Under the pieces are notes generated by a model, which did not search any database, was not told where the DNA came from, and saw nothing but the letters and a program-made list of their open reading frames with translations. Shown here piece after piece: positions 60,294 through 64,000 of a stretch of DNA of 64,000 nt (position 1 is the first letter of the stretch; each line of letters opens with the position of its first letter). Made by a program: the position numbers and the translations under genes. This DNA is from an uncultured Acidobacteriota bacterium (GTDB lineage Bacteria; Acidobacteriota; Thermoanaerobaculia; Gp7-AA8), in NCBI GenBank assembly GCA_963822445.1, contig CAWGHO010000003.1:1312001-1376000 (forward strand), read 5' to 3'.

Positions 60294-60851
60294 CTAGTAC
60301 GTCACGCGGTGGTAGTACTTGAACTTCTGCCGCTCGCCTTTGACGATGATCGGATAGAAGCGCGCGGACTTCAGCGCGGCCTCGTTCTGCGATGCGAGGA
60401 TGGCCGAGCCGGTGGTATTGGTGATCATGCGCGTGGACACGACGTCGCCGTCGGTATTCACATCCGCCTCGATGTAGATCTCTCCGCGCGCGCTCGGCGC
60501 GGAAACCGGTAGCGGCATCACCCGGAACTTCGGCTGCGGATCTTCCTCGTTCTGCGTCTTCCCCTCGGCCGTCGTGAGATCAGCCTTCTTCGCCCATCCC
60601 GCGCGATCTCCGGTGCGCACTTCGACCCACTCACCCTTTTCCGAGAGGATGGAAATCGCCTCACCGTTCGAATAGGTGGTGATGACCGCAGCCGTGTCGT
60701 TCGGCTGCTCCCGAACCGGCAACTCCGGCGCGCCGACATACAGAACGCCGATGGCCGGGCGGGTGTCGACGGTTTCGGTGACGGCGGGAGGCTCGGGGGT
60801 ACAGGCGGCGAGGAGGAGAAGGAGTGCGAAGCGCCTCATTTTGGCGAACAT
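60294..60851 (-). CDS. Lipoprotein with bacterial SH3 + TonB C-terminal-like domain
   Basis: Lipobox LAAC; LPVREQP...GEWVEVRTGDRAGW (SH3); IEADVNTDGDV...AALKSARFYP (TonB_C-like). Confidence 0.75.
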   Translation of the reverse strand: MFAKMRRFALLLLLAACTPEPPAVTETVDTRPAIGVLYVGAPELPVREQPNDTAAVITTYSNGEAISILSEKGEWVEVRTGDRAGWAKKADLTTAEGKTQNEEDPQPKFRVMPLPVSAPSARGEIYIEADVNTDGDVVSTRMITNTTGSAILASQNEAALKSARFYPIIVKGERQKFKYYHRVTY

Positions 60852-60860
60852 ACCACGCGC

Positions 60861-60932
60861 GTTACGGGGTCACGGGGTTACGGGGTTACGAGGGAAAAAC
60901 CTCGGAACCCCGCAACCCCGAAACCCCGGAAC
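60861..60932. repeat. Palindromic octamer array (GTTACGGG)x4 / (CCCCGNAA)x4
   Basis: gttacggg gtcacggg gttacggg gttacgag ... cctcggaa ccccgcaa ccccgaaa ccccggaa. Confidence 0.85.
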
Positions 60933-60934
60933 AA

Positions 60935-61029
60935 CGGACATCTGTCCGCGGACACTCGTCAACCGTCCGCCTGTCCGGACACGCTAACTCGTTGAAAACA
61001 CGTGCTTCTTCATTGGCAGCTCCATTGCG
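60935..61029 (+). promoter_or_regulatory. Sigma54 promoter with upstream CGGACA/TGTCCG enhancer-like repeats
   Basis: TGGCAG-CTCCA-TTGCG at 61014-61029; cggaca/tgtccg repeats at 60935-60981. Confidence 0.75.
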
Positions 61030-61048
61030 CTAGGGGAGGTCCAGTCAG

Positions 61049-62317
61049 ATGATCCAGGACACTTCTTCCATGGACCGGCCCGTCGAGGGCTCGCGCGTCA
61101 CCAGACCGATGGTGATCGCGGGGATCGTCGTCATCCTCGCGCTGATTCTCGCCGTCGTTCTCTTTCCATCCGTCCGGAGCTGGGCGCGCGCGGAGACGGC
61201 GGTTGACGCGACGACCCTGCGCATCGCGGCGGTCACGCGCGGCGATCTGCTGCGCGACGTATCCGTGCAGGGCCGCGTCGTCGCTTCGCTCCATCCGACG
61301 CTCTTCAGCCCCGGCCAGGGCATCGTCTCTCTGCGTACGAAAGCGGGCTCGCAGGTCCGCACCGGCGACATCCTCGCGACCATCGACAGTAAAGAACTGC
61401 AGTCCGCGTTCGAACAGGCCCGCGCGCAGATGCTGTCGACGCGCGCGGAGCTCGAGCGCCAGAAGATCCTCGCTCGCCAGTCGGAGCAGCGTGCGCAGCA
61501 GCAGGTCAACCTTCTCAACCTTCGCCTCGAAGCGGCGAAGCGCAACCTCGAGCGCAATCAGCGTCTGTTCAACGAAGGCCTGAGCAACAAGACCGATTTC
61601 GAGTCAGCGCAGGACTCCGTACGCATCGCCACGATGGAGCTCGAACAGGCCCGCCGCGAAGTGCAGCTCTCGCGCGAGACCTTGTCGTTCGAGGTGCAGA
61701 CCCGCGAACAGCAGGTGATCTCCCAGTCGTCCGTCGTCGCCGATCTGCAGAAGCGGGTGACCGAGCTCACCGTCCGCGCGCCGTTCGACGGCATGGTCGC
61801 TTCGGTCGCCGTGCAGAACAGCGACGCGGTCGCGCCGAATCAAGCGATTCTCACGGTCGTCAATCTCGACGCGCTGGAACTGGAGATTGCTTTACCCGAG
61901 GAGTATGGGAGCGAGACAGCGATCGGGACGGCGGCGGCGATTTACTTCAACGGCCGCGAATACGCGGGACGAGTCACGGCGATGTCGCCTGAAGTCGCCG
62001 AGAACCAGGTCGCGGGGATCGTGGCCTTCGTCGGCGAGCAGCCGGCCGGCCTCAAGCAGAACCAGCGGCTCACCACGCGGCTCGTGTTCGAGTCGAAGAA
62101 GAACGTGCTGAAAGTGCCGCGCGGCGCGTTCGTCGACGCCGGCGGCGGCCGCACGGCCTGGGTCGTCGACGGCGACGTCGCCACCCGCCGCGAGATCGCC
62201 CTCGGCGCCACCAGCGCCTCCGAAGTGGAAGTGGTCAGCGGCCTCACTGCAGGTGAACGAATCATCGTCTCCGACACGGCAGCGTTCGGCGACGCCAAGA
62301 CAGTCCTACTCAGGTAA
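61049..62317 (+). CDS. Efflux periplasmic adaptor (MacA/HlyD-like)
   Basis: N-terminal TM; coiled hairpin; VRAPFDG; VEVVSGL..GERII. Confidence 0.92.
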   Translation: MIQDTSSMDRPVEGSRVTRPMVIAGIVVILALILAVVLFPSVRSWARAETAVDATTLRIAAVTRGDLLRDVSVQGRVVASLHPTLFSPGQGIVSLRTKAGSQVRTGDILATIDSKELQSAFEQARAQMLSTRAELERQKILARQSEQRAQQQVNLLNLRLEAAKRNLERNQRLFNEGLSNKTDFESAQDSVRIATMELEQARREVQLSRETLSFEVQTREQQVISQSSVVADLQKRVTELTVRAPFDGMVASVAVQNSDAVAPNQAILTVVNLDALELEIALPEEYGSETAIGTAAAIYFNGREYAGRVTAMSPEVAENQVAGIVAFVGEQPAGLKQNQRLTTRLVFESKKNVLKVPRGAFVDAGGGRTAWVVDGDVATRREIALGATSASEVEVVSGLTAGERIIVSDTAAFGDAKTVLLR

Positions 62318-62330
62318 CGGAGAAAAACCA

Positions 62331-63059
62331 ATGCTCGAAATGAGAAACATCAAGAAGGTCTACCGCACCGACACGATCCAGACCCATGCACTCGAGGACT
62401 TCTCGCTGGTCGTCAATTCAGGCGAGTTCGTTTCGGTGATGGGGCCGTCCGGCTCCGGCAAGACCACGTTCCTGAACGTGGCCGGCCTGCTGGACACCTT
62501 CGACTCCGGCACGTATCTCCTGGCCGGCAAGGACGTCAGCCGTCTGTCGGACAGCGAGATGTCGCGCTTCCGCAATCAGGCCATCGGCTTCGTCTTCCAG
62601 TCGTTCAACCTGATCCCCGACCTGAACGTCTTCGATAACGTCGACGTCCCCCTGCGCTACCGCGGCCTCGGCGCATCCGATCGCAAGGAGCGCATCGAGC
62701 GGTCGCTGGAACTGGTCGGACTCTCGTCGCGCGCGAAACATCTGCCCTCGCAGCTCTCCGGCGGCCAGCAGCAGCGCGTGGCCATCGCGCGCGTCCTGGC
62801 CGGCGATCCGAAACTGATCCTGGCCGACGAGCCGACGGGCAACCTCGACTCGCTCATGGCCCGCGAGATCATGGACCTCCTCGACCGCATCAACGAGGCC
62901 GGCACGACCATCGTCATGGTCACGCACAGCCCCGAATGCGCCGTCCGCGCGCAGCGCCAGATCCACGTGCTCGACGGCCGCGTCGTCGATCTCGAAACCC
63001 CGCGCATGTCCCTGACCGCGCCGGCAGTCGGTGCGGGCATGGCGTCGACGCTGAGATAA
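62331..63059 (+). CDS. MacB/LolD-type ABC ATP-binding protein
   Basis: GPSGSGKT, IGFVFQSFNL, LSGGQQQRVAIAR, LADEPTGNLD. Confidence 0.95.
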   Translation: MLEMRNIKKVYRTDTIQTHALEDFSLVVNSGEFVSVMGPSGSGKTTFLNVAGLLDTFDSGTYLLAGKDVSRLSDSEMSRFRNQAIGFVFQSFNLIPDLNVFDNVDVPLRYRGLGASDRKERIERSLELVGLSSRAKHLPSQLSGGQQQRVAIARVLAGDPKLILADEPTGNLDSLMAREIMDLLDRINEAGTTIVMVTHSPECAVRAQRQIHVLDGRVVDLETPRMSLTAPAVGAGMASTLR

Positions 63060-63065
63060 AGAAGA

Positions 63066-63145
63066 GGTTGCTGGGTTGCTAGGTTGCTGGGTTGCTGGGT
63101 CCCTTCCACCCCGCAGCAACCCAGCAACTCAGCAACCCAGCAACC
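63066..63145. repeat. Palindromic octamer array (GGTTGCTG)x4 / (CAGCAACC)x4
   Basis: ggttgctg ggttgcta ggttgctg ggttgctg ... cagcaacc cagcaact cagcaacc cagcaacc. Confidence 0.88.
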
Positions 63146-63157
63146 AAAGGAAAAACC

Positions 63158-64000
63158 ATGTTCCTCTACAACCTTCGCATCGCCGCCAAAAGCCTTCGCC
63201 GCAATCCCGTTCTGACGACGTTGCTCGTCGGGGCGATTGCGCTCGGCATCTGCGTTTCCACCACCTTCATCGCGCTGCGCCACGTCTACGAAAAAGATCC
63301 GCTGCCGGGCAAGAGCGGAACGATGTTCAACGTCCGGCTCGACACGTGGGATCCGACCCGCGCGTACAACGCGGACGATCCGAAGTCGCTGCCGGTGATG
63401 CTCACGTATCGCGACGCGCGCTCGTTGATGAAGTCGACCATCCCCACGCGCCAGACCGCGACGTACAAGACCACGAGCTTCATCTTCCCCGATCCGAAAC
63501 AGGGCAAGCCGTTCAATCAGGACGTGCGCCTGGTCTTCACCGATTTCTTCGGCATGTTCAACGTGCCGTTCAAACACGGCGGACCGTGGGACAAGGCCGC
63601 GGACGCGAAGCCGGAGCAGGTCGTGGTCATCGACTCGGCCATGAACGAGCGCCTGTTCAAAAACGCGAACAGCGTCGGCAAGACCGTCCGCATCGACGAG
63701 CGCGACTACAAAGTCGTCGGCGTCCTCGACACCTGGAAGCCGGCATTCCGCTACTACGACTCGAACCAGGGCGGTTTCAGCTCGCAGCCCGAGTCGTTCT
63801 TCATCCCCTTCAACTTCACCGAGCCGCTGGAGATCATCACCACCGGCAACAGCGATGGCTGGAAGGGAACGGACGGCGACGGCTATCAGGCCTACCTCAA
63901 CTCCGAGCAGACCTGGCTCATGTACTGGGCGGAGCTGCCGACGCCGGAGAAGCAGCAGGCCTTCCGCGATCTCGTCCGCAGCCACATCCTCGATCAGAAG
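63158..64000 (+). CDS. MacB-like ABC permease (partial, runs off window)
   Basis: ATG 63158 after AAGGA reads MFLYNLRIAAKSLRRNPVLTTLLVGAIALG...VVIDSAMNERLF...SVGKTVRI...VVGVL. Confidence 0.9.
   Translation, partial: MFLYNLRIAAKSLRRNPVLTTLLVGAIALGICVSTTFIALRHVYEKDPLPGKSGTMFNVRLDTWDPTRAYNADDPKSLPVMLTYRDARSLMKSTIPTRQTATYKTTSFIFPDPKQGKPFNQDVRLVFTDFFGMFNVPFKHGGPWDKAADAKPEQVVVIDSAMNERLFKNANSVGKTVRIDERDYKVVGVLDTWKPAFRYYDSNQGGFSSQPESFFIPFNFTEPLEIITTGNSDGWKGTDGDGYQAYLNSEQTWLMYWAELPTPEKQQAFRDLVRSHILDQK

Noticed and set aside
60861-63145. Octamer arrays as mini-CRISPRs or iterons
   Set aside because: No spacers and no rep gene; the inverted 4+4 layout fits REP-like repeats.

Overview
GC-rich bacterial chromosome segment, probably Acidobacteriota/Thermoanaerobaculia-like (inferred from an acidobacterial-type VWA protein and a C-terminal RRRSVRK tail). 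(1) 1-14244: one giant secreted surface protein on the minus strand (>4748 aa, runs off the window, so it is missing from the ORF track) built from LamG, IPT/TIG, beta-helix modules and DUF11. (2) 16.3-25.2 kb and 42-45.5 kb: accessory patches with a family of ~195-bp attC-like elements that have a covarying branched secondary structure. No integrase lies in the window. Cargo includes a TIR-TM-GH25 fusion inside a 108-bp duplicated target, a degenerate peptidase, a serine protease, a RelE/ParE toxin-antitoxin pair and several decayed genes. (3) Core-like genes: VWA protein, typA with a His-rich insert, PilZ, creatininase, LOG, DUF998. (4) Three orphan immunity-like genes. (5) Two signalling clusters (sigma54 activator, small proteins, REC-EAL, NarL-type regulators, hybrid kinases). 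(6) An ABC/M1-aminopeptidase fusion with a lost HEXXH motif. (7) A translationally coupled secreted MepA/M74-like endopeptidase plus secreted partner. (8) A sigma54-promoted MacAB-like efflux operon running off the right end. No rRNA, tRNA or CRISPR array was seen. All family assignments come from motif recognition by eye, not from database searches.
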